Of a stretch of 64,000 bases of DNA, positions 12,034 to 21,735 are shown piece by piece (the first letter of the stretch is position 1; the number at the start of each line of letters is the position of its first letter). The stretch comes from Amphiscolops sp. MND2022 (lineage: Eukaryota), in contig OZ076410.1 in the NCBI GenBank assembly GCA_964187785.1, positions 58,776,001 through 58,840,000 of the forward strand, in the 5' to 3' direction. A program made the translations under genes and the position numbers. The notes beneath the pieces are model-generated. The model saw only the letters and a program-made list of their open reading frames with translations, ran no database searches and was not told the DNA's origin.

Positions 12034-12348
12034 TGAAAATCTTTAGAGAACTAAAGTTTGTATTACCAATCAAAATTAGAATAACAATGAAAGTTGAGGA
12101 AAGCTATTATTATTAACCGCCAAGTCGAAATTTGATCACACAAACATGACTCATTTTATGATGTGCATAGCAAGGCCTTTTCGAGAGTTTTTTTTACCGA
12201 AATCGGAGAAATATTTCCAAAATATAAAATATTTTGCATAACCGGGAATCGAACCCACGCCGGTCAAATACCGGCCTTGTATTCTACCGCTAAGCCAAGC
12301 TGCCTTATTATTTGTTTGTTTTAAATTAACGATATTGCTACCGCAACA
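12034..12348 (-). repeat. BEL-inner 3' LTR
   Basis: TGTTGCGG...TTTTCA on the minus strand; direct repeat of 20277-20597. Confidence 0.95.
12235..12303 (-). promoter_or_regulatory. tRNA-Gly-like segment with Pol III A and B boxes inside the LTR
   Basis: GCAGCTTGGCTTAGCGGTAGAATAC...GTGGGTTCGATTCCCGGTTATGCA; A box TGGCTTAGCGG, B box GGTTCGATTCC; the anticodon arm is replaced by a CCGGT-ATTTG-ACCGG hairpin. Confidence 0.7.
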
Positions 12349-12499
12349 CCCTCCGGGCGCAAGAAGATGAATGTTTTATAGTGCAAAAAAAATTCTTTAA
12401 AAATGTTTTGTGAAACATGTTTTTACATGAAAATTAATTTTTTCATACATGTTGATACATGAAGCATAAATGAAGGAATTGGAGGAAACAGAACATTGT

Positions 12500-13911
12500 T
12501 TATTCGGGAAGGGGAAGGACGGGAGCGAGTTTGATCACTGGGCGAACAAGGTTACCAGATGCTGTTCTGACTTCAGCGGACCTGGCGACGGCGTCTGTGC
12601 CGAAGTTAAGCTTTACGACACGAGCTAGTGGATAGTGCCCTCTAGGTGAGGTCGGTTCAACAATCCACACGAGATCTCCGGTTTTCAGATCTCTGTTTGA
12701 ATGCGATGACCACTTCGAACGGCAGTTCAGAATGGGAACGTATTTTCTTAACCACCTGCTCCATACTATGTCGGAATAAGCTTGCGCTTGAGTGTAACGT
12801 TTGCGATGGTCGACGTCTGCTTGCTGATGCGAAGACAGTACTGAACCTGAAGTTCCATGTAGAAAATGGTTTGGAGTTAAGGCGTCCAAATAGGTCGCAT
12901 CTGCACTAGCAGGCACTAACGGTCGTGCATTCAAATTTTGTTCCACGAGGCAGAACGTGGTTGCAAGAATTTCGTCTGTCAGTCGTCTATTTCCGAGGAC
13001 AGCGTAGAACACGTGCCTAAAACTACGTACTAAACGTTCCCAAACACCTCCATGGTGAGGAGCACTGGGTGGGTTAAATTTCCACTTGATTCCTTTCTTG
13101 ACAAGTGATTCAGCCAAAACTTGCTGATTCCAGTCTCTGACGTTCAGTAATAGTTCTTTGTCACTCGCAATAAAGTTGGTGCCGTTCTCTGACCAGAGAA
13201 CTGATGGAGTGCCTCGTCGGGCAGCGAATCGTTCAATTCCCATCACACAACTACTAGTGTCCATTGAAGGCACAACTTCAAAATGGACGGCTCGAGTAGT
13301 CAGACAAGTGAAAAGGAATCCCCAGCGTTTCTCAGTAGAACGTTTCACGGACACGTAGAAGGGACCAAAGTAGTCGATTCCTGTGTTGCGGAATGGAGGT
13401 TCTCTGTATGCAAGTCTTTCTCGGGAAAATTGGACATCATGGGAGCTAACGTCTCAGCCTTGCGCTTGCGACAGGTGTTGCACCTGGATACAATTGATCT
13501 CAAGGTTGGTCTCAATTTGACGATTTCGTATTGTTGCTGGATGAAAGCCCTCAAGTATTCAACACCCTGGTGGCATTGATTGATATGAAAGTTCTTCAGG
13601 AACAACCGAACTAAGGGATGACGGCTATCTATCAGAATTGGGTGTTTCATGTCGAATGAAGCAACATCCAGCTGTTTTGTGCGACCAGAAGCTCGCAGTA
13701 AACCATTAGGTCCAATGAAAGGGGAAAATTCAACAATTTTAGAAGACTTGCTGAGGGGGAGTGACTTCAACAAGCATTTCTTTTCAGTGTTAGAGGACTC
13801 GAGTTGTACCAGATGGAACAATCTCTGTTGGGCATTGTCGAGTTCAGTTGGATCTGTAATAAATCCATTGTCGGTGCGCTTGGATTCGTTCTTTGGGAGG
13901 AGTCTCAACAT
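12500..13911 (-). pseudogene. BEL-inner integrase region
   Basis: HQGVEYL...CNTC zinc finger, TGIDYFGPF, FTCLTTRAVHFE, NPPSAPHHGGVWERLV, GHYPLARVV. Confidence 0.92.
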
Positions 13912-14060
13912 GTAAGCTACAATGAGCAGAAGCTTCTCGCATGAACTGTACTTCTGCCATTTGAAAGTTGTTGCAATTTCGGTTACTGTTGCGGTGATTG
14001 TAGTACACTGATGTTCTTTGGTTTCGTTAACTTCAGTGGAATGAGCGCCTTTGTTAAGCT

Positions 14061-15169
14061 TTACTTTCTGACGAAATTCTTTGTTTGGGCGATGTTTGGA
14101 TTTGTCCCTCTGCTAACTACTAAGGTGTCTGTTGAGTGATTCCATTTCAGTCCAAGAACGTGTGAGAATTTCTCTGCAGTTGGAATTTCTTTCTCTTCCG
14201 TGGTTCTATTGTCGCTGCTCGGATCCACTTCGATGGGGATGCTTGGTTTAATAGACACAAACTTTGTCAGTTTAAACCCTCCCAAAGCAAGAATTTTAAC
14301 AAGATCCTTCGATTTGTTTGAGGCTTCGATAGCTGTTGGATTTGATTCGAGGAATCCGTCCATATAAAAGTTGTTGTGAACGCTTCGTGCTGCATCTGGA
14401 AAGTTGGCATGGTTATCTGTAGCAGTTCGTTTCAATGCGTAGTTAGCGCATGTTGGCGAATCTTTGGAGCCCAAAATATGCCGAACATACTCAAAAACAG
14501 CAACTACAGCTGCTGGGTGTTCCCGCCACAAAAATCGAAGTGATGGTCTGTCACGTGGGATAACTCCAACTTGGAGAAACATTCTTTCGATATCTGCAGA
14601 TACAGCAAAAAGATATTGACGGAAACGGAAAATAATGTGGATTAGGCTCTGTAGCAAATCTGGTCCTGCTAGAAGAGCAGTGTTCAAGGACTGACCATGA
14701 AATTTTGCGGCTCCATTAAGAACCCTTCGTACTTTGCCAGGCTTGTGAGGATGCACGACTGGATGGTGCGGTAAATACGATTCACGGGCTGGTCTACTTT
14801 AAAAAAGTCAGTTTTTTCTACTCGAACAATATAGCCTTTCGAGAAATCATTGCTAATTGTTTTCGCGTAGCTGTCTTTTAAATCGGTGTCCTTTTGAAGA
14901 CGGCGCTCTAGCGATTTCAGTTGAACGAGTGCAGAAAAGTAATTGTTTGGTAAACAACTTTCGTCATCGGCCCACAACTTACCAACTTGGTATCGGGACC
15001 CATCATGGTATGTTGTTCCATCAAGTATCTTCGTCGCTCTCGCGTCGGTTGCGGAACGGGAGTCCACTTGTTTGTACGAGCCATACGCTTCAATGTCGAA
15101 CCAGCTTCGGAGTCGGTCGGAGAGTGTACAATCGTGCTCTTTTTGGGTAACAGCTTTGAAACATGTCAA
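14061..15169 (-). pseudogene. BEL-inner reverse transcriptase; RNase H region deleted downstream
   Basis: KPGKVRRVLNGAAK, GPDLLQSL, VSADIERMFLQV, DSPTCANYAL, FYMDG. Near 14085 the sequence jumps directly to the post-RNase H linker. Confidence 0.9.
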
Positions 15170-15201
15170 AAACAGACCCGTGGTCGACGGAAGGGGTCCA
15201 C

Positions 15202-18200
15202 TCAGTACCCAGCCAACGGTAAACGGACGGCAACTGGGGTGTTTCGGCGGTCGGATTCGAAATACTCCAGTGGGCAGATAGCGTGGAAAACGTCCTGACC
15301 AAGAATCATTTTCACATTTGTGTAGCTGTACTTGCTAAGAGCGATTGGTTCTAAGTGTGGATAGCGAGTCTTCAAATCATCTACGTCAATCACATCATTT
15401 CCAATAGTCAATTGATCTCGCACATAAGATTTGACAGTAAAGGAGGAGCAAGAGCCACCCCAATGAACCGGTGTTAACTTGAGCTCGACCATTTGAGTGT
15501 CAACAACCTTATTGGAGTTAATTCCGTGTACGGTCAACTTAGTCGGCGTTCCGCGCACGTCAAGTTTGTGAGCTAGTTCAGAAGAAATCCAAGAATGACT
15601 ACACGCTGAGTCGCACAAAACCAATACCCTCTCAGATTTCTCTGAAGTTTGAAATTCTACTTCGGTTATTTGTAACAATCCTTTCACATCCGAGACGGAA
15701 GGGAGGCATGAGGTGACTTCGTCTTTCTTTTGGGTCGCTGTTGTTACGCTACAAGTAGTGGTTTCACCATTGCTCGCTCTCACAGATTCAGATTTTCTCA
15801 AGAAAATCTTCTCTGCACCATGTAGCAAAGTGTTGTGCGTACTTCCACAGCCATCTTTGGTGCATTTGCGTGGTTGTGGGCAATTGCGGAAAACGTCTTG
15901 TCCATTGAAGCATGAGAAACAAACAACAACTTTCGCTCGTTCTGTTGGAGTCTTCTTTTTGAACATCTGACATCGCCACAACAGAAGCTTATCTTTGCAA
16001 ACTACACAATTAACTTGGAATTTCTGGGTTGACGGCTTGGTTGTGATGGTATTTTTAGTAGAAGGTGTTGTTGCAGCGAACACCTTAGAATTGGTCTTGG
16101 TTTTCGTTACGTTTCCGGTTGGAGTTTCTTCAACTTTTGCTTTTCCAGTGGCAGCTTTCATCCTCTCGTGAGCTTCAGCTTTGTCCTTCAGCCAATCATT
16201 GCAGTCAATCAGAGTCGGTCGGTTCAAATCCCGCTTAACTGTATGCATTGACCACCCTTCTTTCAAGTTCGAGGGAAGCTTTTGAACCGCTTGACCGAGC
16301 AGAGAAGCACTCGAAAGATCTTGAACGTAGTTCAGAGATCGGAAAACACCAACCAAAGAGCAAATTGTAGCTGCATAACTTATGATGCTTTCGCTGTTAT
16401 GCGTTTTCACTGGAGGAACATTCGTTAATTTGTCTAAGTAGGCACTGACCACAGTCTGTGGTTGGCCGACTTTCCGTTCAAAGGTCTTCAGTGCGTCCTT
16501 GTACATTGTCCCGCAATATGCAAACTCAGCAATCGCTGTTTTGGCTTTTCCAGTAACAAGTGTTTTCAGGTAAGTAAGCTTCACGTCGTCTGTAAGTGAA
16601 GACGAATCAATGGCACTCTTGAACTGGCCAAACCATTCATGCCATTGAAGAGGGTCGCCATTAAACTGTGCTAGTTTCCACTCAGGGAGATGGTCTTTCT
16701 TCGTCGAAGTCAAAATCTGTGCAAGGTCTTGCAATGTGAAACTATTTGCAGACGGTTGTGGCAAAGTAAACGAACTTGCAGGTACAAAAGGAGGGGCAGT
16801 AACACTGGGAAACGTTGTTACAGTTTGAGGTACACTACAGTTTGTTGTCGATGTTACCAGGGCAGTCGGCTGCACGTAGTAAACAGTTCCTCCATTCGTT
16901 ATGGGAAAAACTTGTGCTGTAGATAAGACACTATTGTTGGATGGAATGACTGTGGGTAAGCTGGTAGCGGGGGATGGCACTACAGAGGTGGTGACTGCTG
17001 ATTGGTGGAAAGATTTGGAAACCGGAAAACTCCAGGTTGACAAGTTAGGTAAAATGTAATTTACGGGAAGTGTGACTATCGGATTAGGTCGAGGCTGAGC
17101 TATTATCGGTGCTGAAGCGATACTTACTGAAGGACGAGAATGTTGCAAAGTGCTAGCATTGTTCAAAAACAAACCAGTAGCAGCGGAGTTAGTAGCGGTT
17201 AAACTAGTTTGACCGCGGAAACGCGGAAGCTGGCCAGGTAAACCAGCAAACGTGTTGGTGGGGTGGTTCAAAGACTCAGTTGTTGTAAGCGACAGTGGAG
17301 CCGTACCTGTGGTGTTTTCCGTTTGGAGCGGAATACTATTTTGCACCGTAACAAATGTAGGTGCTGAAACAGTAGCGTTTTCATCTGATGGAGATGCAGC
17401 TTCGGGCAATGGTTGCGTACCAACTGTCTGTTCCTGATTCGATTCAACAACGGGTGCTCCAGGGGCACGTTCATTGGTTGCTGATATCAAAGTGGGGGGT
17501 TGACTGATGTTTGTGGCTCTCCTCACTCAACAGTGATAGCGTCTCCTGGAATTCTTCATTTGTCGCCGACAGATCATCTTGAAGTTCTAATTCAATCAGT
17601 GTTGCCTCAGCCAGATTTTTGCGGTTCTCTTCCTGCACCTCGGCGACTCTAAGTGCAAGTTCTTCCTTGAGACGCTCTTTTTCTTGCTGCATTCGTTTGA
17701 TTTCAAGATCTTGCTTTTGCTGAGTCAGTCGGAGTGCAGCTTTGTTTTGCTTCTCAATCTCTTCACGTCTTTGTTTTGCAAAGAGTAGCTCTTTCTGCCG
17801 TTGACTTGACGTCTTTGATCGAAGAGAGCTTGAAACTTTACTGGACTTTGTCTTGTTCGTCGATGGAACTATTGAAGCTTGCGAAGCGTTGTCGGGTTGC
17901 AGACATTTCTCCAGATAATCGCGAGCCTTCGTCAGTATTTCATCGTTTCTGACAGCAACGTCGTTTAACCACTTTTCCAAGTCCGGCTTCACTGACTCTG
18001 GGTTGGTTGATTTGTTGGCTAAGTCTAGGAGTTGTTCGTTTTTTGCAAAAGATTTAGTCATAGCTTCCTCACACCAGGTGATTAATTGATCAACGCGAAC
18101 ACGTCGTTCGGCATTTCCAATGGCGTCATTGAGCCTTTGTTGGATCTTGTTGAGCTGCGCTTCAGCTTTTGCCCGACTGTCGTGTAGTTTGGAGACTTTC

Positions 18201-18250
18201 TTTTGCATCGTGTCAGCCATTATAAGTGTTTTCTCAACTTTTTGGATCAA
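15202..18250 (-). pseudogene. BEL-inner gag and protease (one frameshift near 17500)
   Basis: Coiled-coil N-terminus; LPEWKLAQFNGDPLQWHEWF (BEL gag DUF1759-like); three Cys/His knuckle remnants; VLCDSACSHSW protease motif. Confidence 0.92.
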
Positions 18251-18330
18251 TGTAGTGTGTTATCAGGACACGGATTGTAGTGTTTCCAGCACTAAATTAT
18301 GTTCAAAACAGCAGAATTACTTACAGAACA

Positions 18331-18661
18331 TCAACCAGACAACTAAGTCCGGACACAATTCTGAAAATTAACTATGCGGTTGTCAATTAAGGGAAATTCT
18401 AGAGTGACAGTTCAAAAGAAGATACTAGTACAAAATGTTGCGGAGGATGTTGCGTCGGAATGACATTTAATTTGTTTGTTTTGGTTTAAAAATAGGCACT
18501 AAGGAACTACGAGGACGGTATAAGACAAGAGTAATGAAGAACACGCAGTTATGGTATTGAAACGGTCGTTTTGATCGTCAACCGGACAGTCAAGTCCGGA
18601 CACAGTCCAAAACTCGGAGGAAAGTTGTTGCGACTTCAACCTGACAATGAAGTCTGGACAC
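18331..18661 (-). promoter_or_regulatory. Three conserved stem-loops between the accessory ORF and gag (BEL-inner)
   Basis: GTGT-CCRGAC-N6-GTCHGG-TTGA at 18636-18661, 18578-18603 and 18331-18356. Confidence 0.7.
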
Positions 18662-19296
18662 TGTCACAACAACAGTCTTTTGGAGAGGAAGAAACTTCAC
18701 TCTGATTTGAAGCAGCGTTCTTCAAAGCCATACGGGCACGTTTACTTGGTCGCTTAGGGTGACTTTTGGCTGTAATCTGCGCTAGATCTGTTTCTTTTCG
18801 GAGATTGATGTCCAATTACTTGAGCTCAAACTCAGGTCTTTGGTGTATTGCCTTCAATTCGTTCAAAATTTCTGGATCATTTTGTTTTCTTGTCGAAAAG
18901 AAATCGGTTTCAATTCGGGAAACAGGAATGCTTTGCGTTTTTAGAATATCAGAAATGTCGGGTGTTCGAATTCGGTGGCAATACACAAGAGCCCGTAGTT
19001 TGTTTTCTAGAGGTTTCAAAATTGCTAGCAACTCAGAAACAGACACTGCTCAAAAATTGTTGCTTTTATGTTCTGACAAGCTATTATTCAGCACATCATG
19101 CCAGATAACAATCTCAGTTTCTTTCAGCGAAATCTTTTTGCAACAAATTTTGAACAACTTTTTGTGGGTTTTTTGCGTGATTATTCAAACTAAGGCCCGT
19201 TATTGTGTAAATTTTTTTCTAGGAGGTGTTTCTTTTTTCAGGGGTTAATATATCAAGAGCATGATGCAACGAGCTCGCACCCAAAATAAACACCAT
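18636..19296 (-). pseudogene. BEL-inner SGNH/GDSL-hydrolase-like accessory ORF upstream of gag
   Basis: ATG at 19296: MVFILGASSLHHAL...IYTITGLSLN...IVIWHDVLNNS...ALVYCHR...LKAIHQRPEFELK...PKRPSKRAR. Three in-frame stops and one frameshift. Colinear homolog in BEL-outer. Confidence 0.8.
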
Positions 19297-20259
19297 TACA
19301 TTTTAAAATATAATAAATTCATTTTACACAGCGCAGAAGGCAAAAAATTTCGCTCAGAAGGAAGTTTTTTAGGATCGAATCAACTTCTAATAATGATAAG
19401 AATGTTAGGTAATATTACCGAATTTTCACAAAGGCCTTGCTATGAAGGAAGCACCAAATCGATAGCTTTGAAAGTTTTTTTTTTCAAACCGGTTTTAAAA
19501 ATACCAGTTAGTTGTAGTAGTCGGGTTTGAAGGTCACTCTTTCTGAATTGAGATCAATGTTCTTCCTTTTCCGGGATCAAGTGCGGGTTCACCTTTGGGG
19601 GTGCCGTGGATTTCCTCGTCTTTCTGTGGGTAGGTGACCCTCAATTGTGGGTGGAATCACCCTCAACTGCGGGGGGGGGCTTTCTCGACTGTGGTTCCTT
19701 TGTCCGGGTTCCGTCGTCGTCCGAGCTTGTGGGGGGGGCACTTTCCTGGGTTTCGGGGAACACCGGCGGAGCTTCGGTTTTTGGCAACAGTAATTCTCTG
19801 TAATTCCGGATTCAAAGATTGGAGACTTTTTTCAATCGCAACTAAATAGTCTGCAAACTACCGCTATAGTCTTCTCACGTGGCGGGCTTCCTTGCTTCAT
19901 ATTGTAGTTGTAACAATTTGACTTCTTTAATTTGCCACGGGGTAAAGCAAGTTCTGACAATTTTATGGTTATGCCTCCACAATTGACATTACCATTTATT
20001 ATTAACGAGAATTACCTTTACATATAAGAGATTACAGCTACTAGTTGTGGAACGTAAATGAAAGGAACAGCAGATTAAGAAAGCTTCATTCTTTGTTCTA
20101 GCTAGCTGCGCCTTTGTATAAGTTACTGGATAAATTCATGCAATGTAAATCCCAGAGCGGACGAAGTGGAACGACGGCATAAATCCAATGACTTTCTCTA
20201 AAGAAGCGGCGAAATCGTTCTTTGTTTAATCAATGACAGAATTTAGAGTTTCTTTCGTG

Positions 20260-20276
20260 CCTCTCTATGGCCCACA
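20260..20276 (-). promoter_or_regulatory. BEL-inner primer-binding site
   Basis: TGTGGGCCATAGAGAGG directly after the 5' LTR end TTTTCA. Confidence 0.75.
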
Positions 20277-20597
20277 TGAAAATCTTTAGAGAACTAAAGT
20301 TTTTATTATCAATCAAAATAAGAATAACAATGAAAGTTGAGGAAAATTATTATTATTAACCGCCAAGTCAAAACTTGATCACACAAACATTAAAAATGAC
20401 CCATTTTATGATATGAATAGCAAGGCCTTTTCGAGAGTATTTTTACCAAAATCGGAGAAATATTTCCAAAATATAGAATATTTTGCATGTCCGGGAATCG
20501 AACCCACGCCGGTCAAATACCGGCCTTGTATTCTACCGCTAAGCCAAGCTGCCTTAATACTTGTTTGTTTTAAATTAACGATATTGCTACCGCAACA
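20277..20597 (-). repeat. BEL-inner 5' LTR
   Basis: Second LTR copy with a 7-bp insertion; flanked by TSD ACCAT. Confidence 0.95.
20484..20552 (-). promoter_or_regulatory. tRNA-Gly-like A/B-box segment in the 5' LTR
   Basis: Core identical to 12242-12303. Confidence 0.7.
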
Positions 20598-20602
20598 ACC
20601 AT

Positions 20603-21230
20603 GCTTTTGAAACTTTAACCCTGGAAGAAAAAACTCGTTATAAAAATAAAATCTATTCTATCTCCGGCCTGAGCTTGAACCCAAATACAAAAAATCCTCA
20701 AAAAGTCGGTCAAAACGTGCTTGCAAAGGATCTCAAAGAGAAAAAAGACATAGTTATTTGGCATGACGTTTTGAAAAACAGTATTTAACGTCATGATAGT
20801 AACAATTTGCAAGCCTTGACTGTGCCGCAATTGATTGATGTGCTTAAAGGCCTCCTAGAAAAACTCAGTGCTCTGGTGTATTGCCAACGTTTTCAAACGC
20901 CATACATTTTTGATGCTTTGAATGTTTTGAAAACCGACCATAACCTTGAAGTTTTCAGCACCGTGAAAGATTTCATTTCGTCAAAAAAAAGTATCGGAAA
21001 CTTTGAAACAATACAAGGCTTTACACCAAAATCCTGAGCTTGAATTGAAACGTCTTGACTTCATCTTGCGTAAAGAGAGTCAACTTTCGACCATCACTGA
21101 CAAATGCCGTCCCAAGAGGCCTAGTAAGCGTGCCCGAAACGCTATCAAAAAGGCATCTTTGTATCCTTTGCAGTAAAACCCCGTTTCTCTTCACTGTGGA
21201 GACAGTGTCCAGACTTCACTGTCTGGTTGA
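20603..21230 (+). pseudogene. Remainder of the BEL-outer SGNH-hydrolase-like accessory ORF
   Basis: AFETL...KIYSISGLSLN...IVIWHDVLKNS...ALVYCQR...(fs)YKALHQNPELELKRLD...PKRPSKRAR. Confidence 0.8.
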
Positions 21231-21568
21231 AGATTCCACAGGGCGTTGCGCTGTTTCAGAGTTGTGTCCAGACGTACTTGTCTGGTTGATACTCTGTAAA
21301 CTTAATCAACCATTCCTTTCAATTTAATAACGGGGTCCAAGTTTTGTTGATTGGTTTATATTGCGGTTGCAATATGACTCAAACTTTTTTCAATTACTAG
21401 GAATAGGTTTCGATTGATATTCCGGGCCCACAATTCATTCCTTCCTATAGTTACTTTTAACAATCAATTGTTTTAGAGTTTTAGACTTTTTTGTTTAGTT
21501 TATGATTTTAAAATTCAGTTTTCGTCTCTCACTGTTAGATTAGTGTCCGGACTTGATTGTCCGGTGGT
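21205..21568 (+). promoter_or_regulatory. Three conserved stem-loops between the accessory ORF and gag (BEL-outer)
   Basis: GTGT-CCRGAC-N6-GTCYGG at 21205-21230, 21264-21289 and 21543-21568. Confidence 0.7.
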
Positions 21569-21735
21569 AATCCTGACAGTCCTGCTCCTTGAACTGCATC
21601 TCAGACTCAGATCGCCTTTTAATACGCATCATTCAGATCTTTGTCGTAGTCCGTGAGCACTTTTCAACCCAAAACAAACCAATTCGTTTGTTTGTCCGAC
21701 CCGTCCCATTATTTGTCACTTAGACTATTGGCGCT

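Larger units (their letters stand above)
12034..20597 (-). mobile_element. BEL/Pao LTR retrotransposon ('BEL-inner'), nested antisense in BEL-outer
   Basis: LTRs at 12034-12348 and 20277-20597 (about 94% identical). TSD ACCAT at 12029-12033 and 20598-20602. PBS at 20260-20276. PPT CTTCTTGCGCCCGGAGGG at 12349-12366. Confidence 0.95.

Noticed and set aside
12235-12303. Functional tRNA gene (also 20484-20552, 55875-55945 and a weaker match near 9745-9795)
   Set aside because: A/B boxes are present, but acceptor and D stems do not pair and there is no 7-nt anticodon loop; treated as tRNA-derived promoter modules.
18440-18465. GGAGGATGTTGCGTC resembling the BEL-outer PPT-LTR junction
   Set aside because: Only about 14 bp match and no LTR sequence follows; likely chance or a tiny remnant.
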